Positions 14,376 through 28,311 of a DNA stretch of 64,000 nucleotides are shown in pieces (position 1 is the first letter of the stretch; every line of letters starts with the position of its first letter). The notes beneath the pieces were generated by a model that was not told the origin of the DNA, made no database searches, and was given only the letters and a program-made list of their open reading frames with translations. The position numbers were made by a program, and so were the translations under genes. The stretch covers positions 1,054,001 to 1,118,000 of the forward strand of contig JASVEC010000013.1 of the NCBI GenBank assembly GCA_030770535.1, in the 5' to 3' direction. Source of the DNA: Batkoa obscura (lineage: Eukaryota).

Positions 14376-14431
14376 AAATTATAATATTCTTTTATTTTGT
14401 ATATTATATATTATATATTATATATTATATA

Positions 14432-16198
14432 TTATATATTTAAATAATTATTAATTTTTTTTAAAAAACGTTCAGATAGGGGAAATCGATAAAGAGATGC
14501 TTTAATTTTTTTTAAACAAATAAAACAATCTTTTTGTTTTTGTTTATTTTGTTGATAATTAGTAAATATTAAATTCAATAGAAACTCAACTTTCTTTTTA
14601 GATTTAATAATCATCTGTTGAGTAATATTATTAAAACTTGTATCATCATTTAAATGATTCATCCAAGCTTGAGCAATAATATTTAATAATGTAAAAATTA
14701 CAGGAAAACATTCTAAAAATTGAGGAGAAGTATTTGAAACAGAATAATGATTATCATCTGTAATTTGAAATTGAACAACTTTTTCTCTTGTATTATTATT
14801 AAAATATAATTTACAAAAATAACTTATAAAATTTAAACATTTTTCAAATAATAATTGATTTTCTTTTCTATTGAAAAATACTAATTTAGGATAAATTATT
14901 AAATTAGGATAATATAATTGTATAAATTGAATTTGTAATATTATTTTAAAATATAAATTATCATCAACTTCATTCCCTTCTCTAATATTGTCTTCATTTT
15001 CTTTTTCAATGTTCAATAAATCCTTCAATACTACTTCAAACTCTTCTTTGGGTAATCTCAACTCTTCACAACCAATCAAATTCAATTCCAATACACTATA
15101 TCTTCCTTTCACTTGATATACATACTGATTAATTTTAATAAAATATTGGGTAAGCATATTTCCTTTTTTAGATGAAAAAAACTGTTCTTTTCTTAATCCT
15201 TTACCTTTATCTTGATCCTTTTGATAATAAACTAATTCATCTTGTTTTTTTCGATTTAATTCAAAATATTTAGGTTGAAAATTGACTAAATTTAAATCAG
15301 GTATAATTGTAGTCATTACTAAATAAGTTAATGACAATGCTTTCCATAATTCTTTCCTTTTTTCCATTTCTTTTTTTTGTTCTTCATTTAAGATTATTAT
15401 CTCTTCTTGTAATTCTTCATCACATTTTAAAGCTTGTGCCATTCTCACTGCTGATGTAAAATATCTAGCTGCTAATTCTAATTTCAAATGAGATAATGCT
15501 AAATAACTTAACAGTCCTAATCCAATGACATTATAATGGCTTGGATTCTCATAACTCTTTGGTAAACTTGCTTTAATATTCCTTAAACTAGTGCCATAAA
15601 TGGGTTTGAATTCACATTTATTTTTGGATAGAGTGTATCTAGCTAAGACGCCCATAAACACATGATGTAATAAAGTATGTTTATTTTTTATTATGGGATA
15701 TAATTCATCAGGTTGAAGCCATAGATTATATCCATCAATGATAGTAATATAAATTTTGATTCCAGATTGAAGGAATTTACCATATTCAAAATAAGGTTGA
15801 TGTGGATTGAAATAAGTGGATTTATGAGGTAAATTGGAATTTAATTGATTTAATTTCTCACTTAAATTAAATTGTAGAGCATTGACTTTAGTTATGTAAT
15901 CTGATGTTACTTTTTTATTGTTACCTTGTTGAATCTTATGGATCTCTTGTATTAATTCAGTTAAATAAGCTGTTAAATTTTATGTATTAAATCATAATTT
16001 AATATATATAATTAAATTTCAATTACCTATCACTTCTTCCCTACTTTCAGGTATCTTTTGTACCACTTGATCATAACTCTGGATTAATAAACTCATCTTG
16101 GTTTCTAAAGTTTGTAAATTTAATCGTAATACATCTGCACCACTTCGTATCCTTTTATTTACAATCACTTTTTCTTCCACTCGGAATTTAGTTAGCAT
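14432..16198 (-). CDS. Fungal TF-MHR family copy D; exons 16198-16027 and 15969-14432, ~569 aa
   Basis: Phase-1 intron 16026-15970 at the conserved position. MLTKFRVEEKVIVNKRIRSGADVL.. joins in frame to AYLTEL..YGKFLQSG..IDGYNLW..AARYFTSAVRMAQAL..EKRKELWKAL. Confidence 0.82.
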
Positions 16199-16569
16199 AG
16201 TAGAGTTCTGTTCTTTATTAGTTAAACCTATCGTTTAAGTTATTGTAACCTTTTGAATTATTGAAACGTTTATGGGTTTTAAATGTACTTTTTTAAGAGA
16301 GTGTTGAAATAAATAGATATAATTATTTTTTTATATTCTTAATCTAGTTGTTTATTTTTAACAGACTAAAAAATTACTCTATTTTTTAAAATGCTTGGTA
16401 ATTTTTCTTAGTTCAAAATTATTGGCAAAAAAGCTAAGTTAATTTTTGGGAAGAGTTTATTTTTTTAATAAAAATTTCTTAAGCTAAGAAAATGCAAAAA
16501 TATGAAAAATGATAATATAATAATAAAAAGGAGTTAATTAAAACCATAAATAAATTAAATGTTCCTTCT

Positions 16570-16902
16570 TTATATTTGTTTTTTACTTTCCACTTTTTCT
16601 TCATCTTCATTGCTCTCCTCTATCACCCCCTTTTTCTTAACTTCTTTTAATTCCGATATCTCCTCTACCTTCCCTTCTACTTCTTCAGCATTCAATACAT
16701 CAGTAGGTTCAAATGGCTTCCTAGCAGGGAAATAAGTATCCAACATGGATTTTTTCGACTCTACAAATTGTTCTTCCACTTGTTTGACACGGTGATTTAA
16801 ACGAAAGTATAACCAAATAACGATGACAGCACCGGTTAAATATATATCATATTTTTTACTAAGTTGATAAAGTTGGAAAAATAAACTGTTGATTTGGGAC
16901 AT
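16570..16902 (-). CDS. Small hypothetical single-pass membrane protein (110 aa)
   Basis: ATG-initiated ORF with one hydrophobic segment (IYLTGAVIVIWLYF) and a charged E/K-rich tail. No family recognised. Confidence 0.6.
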   Translation of the reverse strand: MSQINSLFFQLYQLSKKYDIYLTGAVIVIWLYFRLNHRVKQVEEQFVESKKSMLDTYFPARKPFEPTDVLNAEEVEGKVEEISELKEVKKKGVIEESNEDEEKVESKKQI

Positions 16903-17172
16903 TTTTGAGTTGTTTTTATGGGCTTGATTTTGTTATTATTAAGATGGAATCGTTTCTTGGATGCTTATTTTTTCAAGAAATAATGAGTTGAAAATACCAT
17001 GTGCTATTCTCTTTTGTACATAATTTTTTTCGAGAATGGTTGAATTTTTGGCCACTTTATTTGAAAATTTCAACCTTAAAATTTATATTGACCAATGAAA
17101 GCTCAATTTTTAGAGTTCTAATTTTAGTGTATTAACAATAATAATACTCCAATTTGAGGGTTCTTCAATACC

Positions 17173-17268
17173 TATTAATATTTTTATTTTTATTTTTATT
17201 TTTATTTTTATTAATATTTTTATTTTTATTTTTATTTTTATTAATATTTTTATTTTTATTTTTATTTA
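17173..17268. repeat. Compound (TATTTT)n / TATTAATATTTT low-complexity tandem repeat
   Basis: Direct reading. Confidence 0.85.
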
Positions 17269-17347
17269 TCTTTTAAAATAAAATAAACATCATCCTATTA
17301 GGTAAGAATTTAAGAAAAGTGATTTTGTTATATTAATATAAATAATA

Positions 17348-18980
17348 TTAATTTAGATGCTTATTAATCTCATCTATTAATCCTTTATATAAATGAAATC
17401 GATGGATATAACACTTGATTTGATCTAATGCATTGTTGGCATCTCTAGCATACATTTTATTATTGGATTTAGATATACTTTATACTACTTTAAGTAATAA
17501 TACACATTTGATTTTTGATTCATAAATCAATAACCTATACTCCGCTTGTAAATCGGACACTTGATGTAGTAAATTAATGAAGACAAAAAAGGAATAATAT
17601 AATTGGTGATAAAAAGGTATATGAATATTCGATCGAAATTGATATTTAGGATCAAGCTAGTGAATTCCAATAAAAATTTCATGATCCATTTCTTTATCTA
17701 AACCTTTATTTAAGTAGTATATAACAATTTGGTTGGCATGGTTAAACAGTAGTTTTAATTTTAAGTTTGTAAATTGAACGTTGCAAATAAATTAAAAAAT
17801 ATGGGTAATAAAGTGTAATTATAGTATTCTGAATTAAGACTTTAATATACCTTTTAAAATTAAACTTATGATCATCAACTTTCTCAACTGATTCCTTTTT
17901 ACTGTAATTCCATTCATCTCTTGTTAACTTTGGATCTTGTATTAGATTTACCAATACACTTAGACAGTTTTTAAATTCGTGTTGAGGTAAAATCAGATCT
18001 CTGAGATGTATTTTAGAGCAACCTTCAGAGGATTTATAATATTGTTTTGCCTTTTGTACATGAGTAGATATTTTTATATTTACTCTAATGAAATCTTTAA
18101 CATATATATATATGAACACTCGTCTGTAGCTTTGTGATTTTCTTCATTGTTATCGTTAGGCTTTTCTTGGTTCTCTATGAAAAAATGTAAAGAATCTTTG
18201 ACTTCAAATTGATAAAAGACATATCTGGGATACGAGGTGAAAGAACTAAATAATTAGGATGAAGAGTTTTCTATACCCCTCTATCTAAAGATAACTCATT
18301 ATATATTATATACGTGATATCAATCTTATCAAATCAACTATCGTTAATATCATATCCTAAACATTTAGCTATCTTTACAGCATCTAAAAAGTATCGTTTA
18401 GCAAGATTATAATTGGAATGGGATAAACTAATATAGGATAATAGTCCTAAAGCTACACTATTATGTGGAGGAGTGAAATGAACAACAAAAGTAATTAATG
18501 TATAGGATAACATGTTGAGCTGCTTATTTGTTAAAATCTCCTTTGGGTTAAATTTATCAAACCATAATCTATAAGGATCTACAAGTGTTTTAAAAAAAAT
18601 GGAACCATGCTCTATTCTCATTACATCACTATTTCTCAATGCTACATTGGCTATCAAGAGTGATGAGACAGTATTAAACCTATGGTTCCTTTATATATAG
18701 CCTCGAATTGAGAAATTTTTGTTCAGATTTCATTATTATTATATCTTTTTTCTTGATAGATTATTTCATATTCCTTATGAGCCCATTTTAAATATTCTAA
18801 ATATCAATTAGACATCAATTAAATATCAATTAAAGATTAAAATAATATTGAAATAATTACTAATTGCTTTTTGTTTAAATTTAATTGCTTAAGTATATTA
18901 TTTAATGTATAATTAATCTCATTTAGTTTTAATTTTATCAGATTCGCTTTATTTCTTATTTTATTTTTTTTCTGTCTTTT
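17348..18980 (-). pseudogene. Fungal TF-MHR family copy F
   Basis: Fragmented ORFs 18334-18657 (VDPYRLW..AKRYFLDAVKIAKCLGYD) and 17742-18119 (FNFKRYIKVLIQ..LYYP). Internal deletions and frameshifts relative to copy B. Confidence 0.88.
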
Positions 18981-19527
18981 ATATTATTTTAAACCATATT
19001 GTTATTTACATTAAATTGAGCATGATATGCAAAAACATGAAATATATTGTAGTTAAAATAAAAACACTAGTAAAACTATGCATAAAAAAGCAGCTTAATG
19101 CTAAACGGATCTCTTTACTTTAAAAAATATTCAATTTATTTAATATATAATTAAAATAAACAAAATATTAAAAGTTATTTTATTTTTAATAATTAATATT
19201 AAAATAATTATAAAGCTAATTAAAGCTAGGAAAAAAAAATAATTATATAAATCCTGATATAATATTTCTAGTAACAATATAATTAATATAAATCAAAAGT
19301 CTATAAATGTATAAAACAGGGTATAAAAAAATTTATATTGAATTTTTTTTTATATTGAATTTTTTTTAAAATTCTGGTTTTATTTAAATAAACTTTATAT
19401 TTAAAAGTTATAAGAATACTATATAAAAAAACATCAAGATTTTATACCTATTTAGTTTAAGTCAAAAAATCAAGCTAAAATAATATTAACATTTTAAATA
19501 TAACAAAAAATCAAAAAATAAATATAT

Positions 19528-19625
19528 GAGAGTGTTTTTTTGGCTTCATCACTTTTTCCATTTTTTAAGCGCTATTTGGGTGGAAAGATCGTTAATAAAA
19601 TTCTTAAACACAAAAAAACACCCCC
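19528..19625 (+). mobile_element. ~98-bp MITE copy 3
   Basis: GAGAGTGTTTT...AAACACCCCC, TSD ATAT/ATAT. Confidence 0.9.
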
Positions 19626-22600
19626 ATATAGCTACTTAATTAAAATATAAAAAACTTCTTAATATAATGATTGAAAGTTCTTTTATTAAATTATTCTTTA
19701 ATGTTATATATTTTAACAAAGCTATCAAGTTTTATAGTATTTTCTATAAATTTTATACTATTATTATTTACTTTATTTGTTTTATATAATTAATAGCTTA
19801 TTATATGCTATTTTTATTCATTTAAGTTTATTTTAGTTATACAAACTAAACTTTTGATTTATAGCCACCTAATTAAATAAAAATTGTTTTTAGCTTTAAT
19901 TATTAAGTACTAACTTTTATAAAACAGCAGTGATTTCATGAATACTTTAAAGTTTTATACTTTATATATTTATTTTTTATTTTTTAATAATCTTATCAAA
20001 CAAACTTTACTGCATTTAAAACTTATATTTAAAAATAATTTTATTAAATATAAAATACTTATCAAAATAATTAATGTTTAATTAAACTTCTTTATTTATC
20101 TATTTTTTTTTAATTTCCTGTTTTTAATAGCACATTTATAAACTTTATCATTATTTTTTATTATATCTGTTAAAACTAAAATTATAATAAGCAAGAAAGC
20201 TATTATTACTTTATTAAGCTTATTATTATTATTAAATTCAAAATCTATAAGAAACAATTAACTAGTTACATTAGCAGTATTAAAATTATATTAAAATTTC
20301 CTAAATCCAGATTGTTTTTAACTAATATTAAAACAATACTAATAAAAAATGTAGTTTTAACATTTTTCTCTTTAAAACAGCTGAAAATACTCTTAACAGT
20401 TTAATTTTATAAATAAAAAATCAATTAATAAAATTAAGTTATTAGCTTGAGTAAATTATTTTATAAAGTTACATGCCTAAGGTAGTATTTATTGAAATCT
20501 ATAAAATAAATTGTAAATAAGAGAATATTGGAAATAACAGCAACACCTGGATTAATAAAGTTTTTAGTAAGTATTTGAGTAAATTTTAGTTATTATTTTT
20601 AATTATTAAAACTTTATCATAGCTTAGTCAACTTATTTCTTCATAAACGCATATGATAAAAATAAAAAAGTTAGGTCAAATATCAGGGAGGAGTGAGAAA
20701 CTCCTATTTTTTCTAAATACTGAAAAATTACATGTGACACTTGTTTTAAAGTAAACCAACATAGTTGGTTCAAAGTATGTTTCAACATTTTCAGAAGTAC
20801 ACAATTTTTTTTTACTTTTAAAATAAACTATATCTTTAGAATGTAGATTAATTTGAGTACTACAAAGTGTATGACTGTGTTAGAGTAAATTAAATAATCA
20901 ATTTTATTTAAAGTCAAGATCAAAATTTATAGCCATTTTTATAAACTTAAACCTAATTTTCAATAATATAAAAACAGTTTATAGTTATTATAATAATGCA
21001 AAAAATATTAAAAGTATTAAAAGCTTGTGATTCTGAGGGTGATTTTTGTTACAACATACTAAATTAGGCAATTAATAGTCACTTTCCTTTTTTGTATTTC
21101 TTGTAATTTGAAAGTATTATTTTGACCTCCTTTTTATACATTACTAATAATTAAATTAAATCTATTTCCAACACTATTTTGAATTATCATTGTTACTTTT
21201 AAAATAACTCTATCACATACAGCTTTATACCAACGTTACATTTATTTTTTCTAGTAACGCCTTAAAATTTTAAGAAATGGTTATCAAAACAAAACTTACG
21301 CTTATTTTGTAAATGTGATAACAATAATAATATTGTCACCTAGTTTTTATAAACTTTTCATTAATTTTAATAATTATTTTAACAATTTTTAATATAATAA
21401 TATGTTAAACTTATAACTTACAATATTAATATATTTAATATGATGTCTAATATTACTTTGATAAAGATACTTAAATGATAACAATTCTATTGTCACTTAT
21501 TAAAAAGATTTGAACTTGTAAAGCAATACTTGAACACAGATTATTTACCCAATTACTAACAATTTTATAAAAATCAATAATAATTGGGCAAACACTTTAT
21601 ATCCGTACACCAGATCACAAGTTTACCTTTATAATAAATAAAAATGTTTAAGTTTATAGCTTGGTTATAGCTGTGAGTAAATTATTGTAGCTTAGTCTTA
21701 CTCAAGTTTCAAAAAAGCACCCAATAAAAGTATATGTTAATATCATATTACCTTTATAATTGAGCATGATTCATCTTATGATTTAAGTATAAAAGCATAT
21801 ATGATATAATTTACTTTGCTCTTAATAAAAAAGTACACAAATACGTAGTTTGTAAGTAATTGAATACTTGGTTAAGCCAATTGTTTATTACTTTACTTAT
21901 TATCAAATCAGAACTTATTTTTATTTAACAAATATCCAATAAAAATTATAATATTATTTTTTATCGTAATACAATCAATCCCTCAGCCGAATCTAAGCTT
22001 CAGATAACAGATTATAAGCCAGTATCAATGAATATGAAAGGTATAAGAAGATAAGTTTTAGCCTACTCTCTCTCCCATCTCAATCTTTAATATTTACTTT
22101 TTCTCTGATAATGGTGACTTAAATTCTCCCAGTTTGGTGGTAATGACGACTTTGACTCTTGTTTTTAATGGTACCGGTGATAGTATGGCGGCTTTGATTC
22201 TCCTTGTTTTTGGTAGTACTATTGGTTTGAATTCTCCTGGTGTGGTAGAACTGTTTCATTGTAGCTTTGGTCCCTTCGTTTGGTGATGCTGGTGGTAAGT
22301 TGTTTTTAGTGCTGTTAATTGTGTACCTATCATCCGTAAGCTATTAGTATGTGCTCTTATCTAGTAAGTTATTTAAGTGTGCTCCTAGTAGTTGAGCTGT
22401 CATTTATGCTGAAACATAATGAGGTATATTTAATTTGCTTCTGCTTTAGTTGAGCTATTTAATAGTTAATAATAGATATAAGCTTTATTAATATTTTAGT
22501 TTACTTGCTTTTGGTGCTCTCTTATGGTATCCTTCGATGTCCTCTTGGTGTTTTTGTAATTTATTTTTTTATTTTCAAATAAAATTCACTTTTTTAATTT

Positions 22601-22775
22601 AATCATTTTAGATTCAAATATCTAAAACATACTTAAAAAACTGTTAATAATATTAAAATAATTAAATTACACTTAAACTTAAGTAAATTCAATAGATTTC
22701 ATTATTTAAATAGTAATGACTTAGTTTTAACAATTTGATATTTAAAATTTCAAGTTTAGCTTCTATTTAGTATAT

Positions 22776-22873
22776 GAGGATGTTTTTTTTGGTTTCATTA
22801 CTTTCTACATTTTTAAGCGCTATTTGAGTGGAAAAACTGTTAGTAAAATTCTTAAACAAAAAAATACATCCCC
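22776..22873 (+). mobile_element. ~98-bp MITE copy 4
   Basis: GAGGATGTTTT...TACATCCCC, TSD ATAT/ATAT. Confidence 0.9.
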
Positions 22874-23572
22874 ATATAATAACTATTAAAACAATTAAAA
22901 GCCACTCCACTTTTCATATTTCTTTATGATTTAAAAAATTTACTCAATTTTTATTTGTATATTACTAATAACTTAGATAGCAGTATCATTAATATTTTAT
23001 TTAACGATATTTATAATACTATCAGCATAGATTTTAACTTGGTGCCTTTATATTGATATCACTTTCTGCTTTTAAATAATACTTCTGAACTTAAGAAAAG
23101 TTATCAAAAGCAAAACATACATTATCTTTAATTTACCGAATAAAAGAACTAGTATAAACCTTGTTTTTAACAAGTTACTAAGTCACATTTTGATATTCAA
23201 TTTTCTATTTAATTATAAAATTAATAAAAAATTAATCTACTGGTTTGTTTATAACTAATATATAATTATATCATTGACTTTTACAACTTTGATTTTATTT
23301 TTTAGTTGAAATTAGTTTTATTATTGTGATTTATTCTCGAGTGCAAATTTTTAGCAAATTATAACACATTTGAACTATTATAGCTTTTTTTGTGACTGCT
23401 TTTTTATTTTGATATTCTCTATTTTATTTAGTTAATGTATTATCTAATAATAATCACATATATAAATAAAGTTTGAATTTAAACATTAATTTTTATTGGC
23501 TCCGTTTAACTATATTGAAATCTTGAAATTAATTAATTATTGTGCTATTACTTGCCCTATTTATCACTATAT

Positions 23573-23671
23573 GGGGATGTTTTTTTTGGTTTCACTATTT
23601 TTTCCATTTTTTAAGCGTTATTTGAAAGGAAAGGTTGTTAGTAAAATTCTTAAACAAAAAAATACATCCCC
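23573..23671 (+). mobile_element. ~98-bp MITE copy 5
   Basis: GGGGATGTTTT...TACATCCCC, TSD ATAT/ATAT. Confidence 0.92.
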
Positions 23672-24309
23672 ATATGTAGTGTAATTAACAGAAAAATCTA
23701 GAACTTTCTTGGATATCAAATATTAACAATTATATTATTTGGTAATTTAACACGTAGCATAATAAACTTAACCAATTAACCATAATAATACTCAATAAAT
23801 TTTCCTACGTATTAGAATTTCTTTCTACTAAGTTCTTGTTATTCATATTCTATGCCACTGTAGTAACTACTATATTAATAGTAATACCATTAATTTATTT
23901 GAATTTTTAAGTCAGGCTAAAATTTACGCTTATTTTACTCATCCACTCCTATCTTTAATCTTGAATATATATTTTATTTATTATACTTTATTTCGTTGTT
24001 TATTCAAAGGAAGAGCTATTCAAGCTAAGTCAAATTTATCTAGCTTTTTAAAATTTCTCTAAGTTTCTATTAGATTTCTAAGATATTTTAAATGCGTGCT
24101 TGTTTTTTAATAGCATCATCTTTTTAAAAGAGTTAAAGTAGACGTATATTAAACTGCTTTATCAGAACAACGGTTCTTTATTTTATAATAATAGTTATAA
24201 GGATTGATATTGTATTTTATTATATTTGAGTTTATTTTGAAGCGGAAGTTGTAAACTGATTTATTTGAAGTTTGTCATTGCATAGTGGAATAAACTTTTA
24301 CACAATAAA

Positions 24310-26089
24310 TATAATAGAAACTGATAATGATGAGAGAGCTTATAAAGAAATAAATAACTTTGAATTTTTTCAAAAGTTGATTTAGAATCCAAAAACTTAT
24401 ATTCTGAGTTAATTTATAATTTTAATTAAACATTTATATATCATATTATTATATTTTTTATTTAATAAACTGGTAACTAATAGATTGATTGAACAATAGG
24501 CTAATGAAATGAAATTATTTGAATTATTTATCTTATAATATATACTTTTTTTAATATTTTTTGTTAGATTATATAATCAATTAGTTTGCATATGTTTATA
24601 GCATTATTAAACATTCTATACCAATAGTCTGGGAAATAATTTGTGGTATTGAAGACTAAATTTTAATATTAAATATAATTGGTCTAATTTAAATAGATTT
24701 AAAATAAAATAATGATTATTTAATAATTATTTAAAAAAATCATTACTATATTTTTCAAATCCATTCACTTGAGATTGAGTTAAGTAATTGATATGCCTTG
24801 TATTCATCTGAAGTGCTTTGAATTAATTTATTGATTTTATTGATTTATTTATCTTTACAGTTATTTTTTTAATATATTAATTATTAAAATTTCTAGCTGG
24901 ATATTTAATTTATTCTCTATGAATTTATTATTATAATGATTTAAATATCAACACATTTCCAATCCCATCAAAATTGTAAATACATAAGAGGATGTATTTT
25001 CTTGTTTAAGAATTTTACTAACAATTTTTCCACTGAAATAGCACTTAAAAAATGGAGAAAATAATGAAGCTAAAAAAACACCCCCATAATTAGAAAAATG
25101 GTAACTAAATTTCAATCATATCTCAAATTCACTACTACCTGGAAATAAATCAGCGTCTTCTACAGTCACAACGTTGTCAACTGGATTCCTTGCTTTTGTT
25201 GTGGCACAAAGTATCTTTTTGTTTATATGTTTAAATGATTGATTTTTATCTGACTTTAATCTATTTGATTGCTTCCACTTTAAAAATAGAAAATAAATCG
25301 ATTGTTTCCTGTACTTTTCTCTAGATCTTTTATTGACTTTACTATCTTCTTTATCAATAATGTCTCTCATTTTAATTGTACAATCACTGCATGTTAAACC
25401 AATTGCTTTTCAATGACTATAGAAATAATCTGTAACAAGTAATATGATAGTGACCAGATCTTCCAAACAGGGGTAACTCATACTTTCACTTTATACCTGG
25501 TCAAAGTTATTTAATTCATAGCTTAACAGCAGCACACTAAGTTTATTTTCCAAAAAAAAATTATAATTTTATTAAATATTTAAAGTAAAGTTAACTTCGA
25601 TAATGACCTATTGCTATTTTTTAATATATTTATAAGAATTCCTTATCTAACCAATAGCCTTTAAAGTTAATTTTAGTGTAATATGTACTTATAAAGTAAC
25701 TAAATAACTGACTTAGGTTCATTCCGTTTGTTAATATGAGAGACACTTTTAACTCACTTATTAGATTGTCATTAATAAGTTAAAATAAGCTAGATAGTAG
25801 ATAGTTACGATTTATTAGCTTGTTTAAGATAGATATGCCACATTCAATTCAGTCCAGAAATCATGCGATTGCTTTTGAACTATTAAATCTCCTCTATTTG
25901 TTATTTTTGATTTTTATTCACTATATAATGCTCTCTTTTAACTAACTACAACATCCATTTTATATAATTTACTACCAAACGCTATCTGTTTTTATTCAAC
26001 TAATTTTTAAAATCATTTAATACTTCAATCACTTGATGTTATAATAAATTTATTTGTTTTTACAGAACCTTTTTATAAGATGACTACAT
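24310..26089 (-). pseudogene. Pseudogene of the divergent TF-MHR subfamily (copy I, paralog of 48261-49967)
   Basis: Minus-strand translation gives NYIKWM, QSHDFW, LSVLLLSYELNNFDQ, YPCLEDLVTIILLVTDYFYS, HINKKILCA..RNPVDNVVTVED and INKLIQSTSDEYKAYQL, all collinear with the 568-aa ORF. Many stops; MITE copy 6 is inserted. Ends are approximate. Confidence 0.85.
24988..25085 (-). mobile_element. ~98-bp MITE copy 6, inside pseudogene I
   Basis: GAGGATGTATTTT...AAACACCCCC, TSD ATAA/ATAA. Confidence 0.9.
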
Positions 26090-26180
26090 TTATTATGTTA
26101 AATAAAACAAAGTTACTTATTTATCTTTTTATACTAGTTCACTATAAATTTACTAAAAGTTTAAAGATTCAATTAAACAC

Positions 26181-26228
26181 AAAATATAAAATATAAAATA
26201 TAAAATATAAAATATAAAATATAAAATA
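26181..26228. repeat. (AAAATAT)n 7-mer tandem repeat
   Basis: Direct reading. Confidence 0.9.
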
Positions 26229-27007
26229 ACCCAATTGATATAAACTTATTTTACTATTATCAAGTGTTATTTACAAATAACATCGTTTTTATAAATGTAT
26301 GATATATAGCAATTGAAAACTAGTTCAGATGATTTCAATTGTCTTTATCCACTTTCATTATAATTTAAAAAAATAACTAATTAAAATAAAGATGATGTTT
26401 TTTTTCTATGAATTTAATTAAAAACACTTTTAAATTTTAAGTGATAGAAAAAGTGGTCAGAATGGTAAAATGGAAAAATGTCCTCCTTAGGCCTTACTAC
26501 TCAGAAAAGGTCAGATGTGGGTAAACTTTTTTCTTTTTATTATTGCTATCTGGTATTTTCTAAAAAAATGTTTATAAGAATAGCCAATCTATAAACTCTA
26601 AAAATCTTAACAAGGTCTTAAACTACTTGAATATATTTTGTTTGTCTGTTGATTAATATAAAAAACTTTAAGCTAATTTCCCTATCAATAATATTTGGTA
26701 CTTGATTATTTTCTCAACTGTGCTTTCTCTAAACCTTCACTTTAAAGCCTTATAGTGTGAATTTGAGTATTATATTATTATTTCTTCCTTAGATTACTTT
26801 TGTATAAAAAAAGCTTTCTTTACCATGTAAGGACAAAAAACAATTAATATTTTATTTAGAATATTACAAAAAACACTATTTTATATAGCTCAAAAAATAA
26901 TAATATAAAATAATATATATTATTTTCAAAAGCTAATAATAGTGATAAATAAAATGAAATACAAAGAAATTTAAAAATTCTAATTTTATTTTAATAATGT
27001 TAAAAAA

Positions 27008-28311
27008 TTAATCTAAATATACATTTATCTTTTTTACAAAATCTGGAGACAACTGAAATTAATTAATACAATACTTAGTGGCTTAAAGCACTAATAAAAT
27101 CTTTAACATGCCCTTTATTATTAGTTTCAAATATTCTATTAAGCTCCTTAACTAGCAATAGACATTTTGTTTTTGCTTTATCAATCATAAACATATCATT
27201 ATAAGGGAAAATTGATACTTGATGCAGCAAATTAACAAGAGTAAAAAAAACAAAGACATATTTGATAATAAAAAGGAATATTGACGTTTGATTAAAATTG
27301 ATATTTAGGATCAAATTGATGAATTTTGGTAAAACTTTTTTGACCCACTTTTTTATCTAAACCTCTGTTTAAACAATAAGTAATTACCTGATTTGAGTAA
27401 TTAAACAATAGTTTCATTTTTGGCTTTGTAAAGTGAATAAGCTGTAGATAAACCAAAACAGGTGGATAGTAAAGTTTAACAATAGTATATTGAATTAATA
27501 CTTTAAGATACCTTTTAAAGTTAAATTCTTGATCATTTATCCTTTTTTCTAATTCCTTTTTATTGTATTCCCTTTTGTCTTTTATTAATTTTTGATCTTG
27601 GATTAAATTAATTAGTATAGTCAAACAGTTTATAAATTTACTTTAAGGTAATAAAATAATACAAGATAATAATCCTAAAGCCACCACATAGTTATAGCTA
27701 GGATTGGAATAAGATTAAGCTAAGGTCGCTTTTACTTCCTTTAAAATTTTCCTATAAATATGTCTATAGGTTATGCTATCATGTGGAAGAGTAAAACGAG
27801 TCAGAAATGTTATTGAGGTATAGGGTAAAGTGTCTGGCTCTGTTTGTTGAGATTGCGTTCAAATCGAATTTGTCCAACCATAAATTATATAGATCTACAA
27901 TCTTCCTGAAAAAAACAGGGCCATTGTCTGAAAATTGACTATAAGTCTGATTTGTTTTAACTTCATATATACTTTTTGATGATATATCGTTTATTGAAAG
28001 TGATGGAATAATGTCAAATTTAATCTTATTCTGTAATATGGTCTCAAACTGGTGAATCTTTTGGATTTCATCATTACCGTGATTCTTTCTTGATTTGTTA
28101 TTCTGAGTTTATTTTGAACCCACTTAAAATACTTTAAAAATAAATTAAATATTATTATTAAAACAATTACTATTTATCCTTTCTTTGAATTCTAAGTTTG
28201 AATGACAATCTAATTGCTTAAATATATTGTTTAATGTATAACCAACGGTATCTAATTTTGACTTTATTATATCTGCTTTACTACTCGTCTTATTTTTTGG
28301 TTTAGCTACAT
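27008..28311 (-). pseudogene. Fungal TF-MHR family copy G with a large internal deletion
   Basis: Starts ATG-TAG. Collinear with copy B but jumps from the ALGLLS segment to the LP..FINCL segment near 27650. Fragments are ORFs 27292-27624 and 27075-27314. Confidence 0.87.

Noticed and set aside
23496..23684. Short ORFs overlapping MITE copies (also 45968-46168)
   Set aside because: Chance read-through of the non-coding 98-bp element
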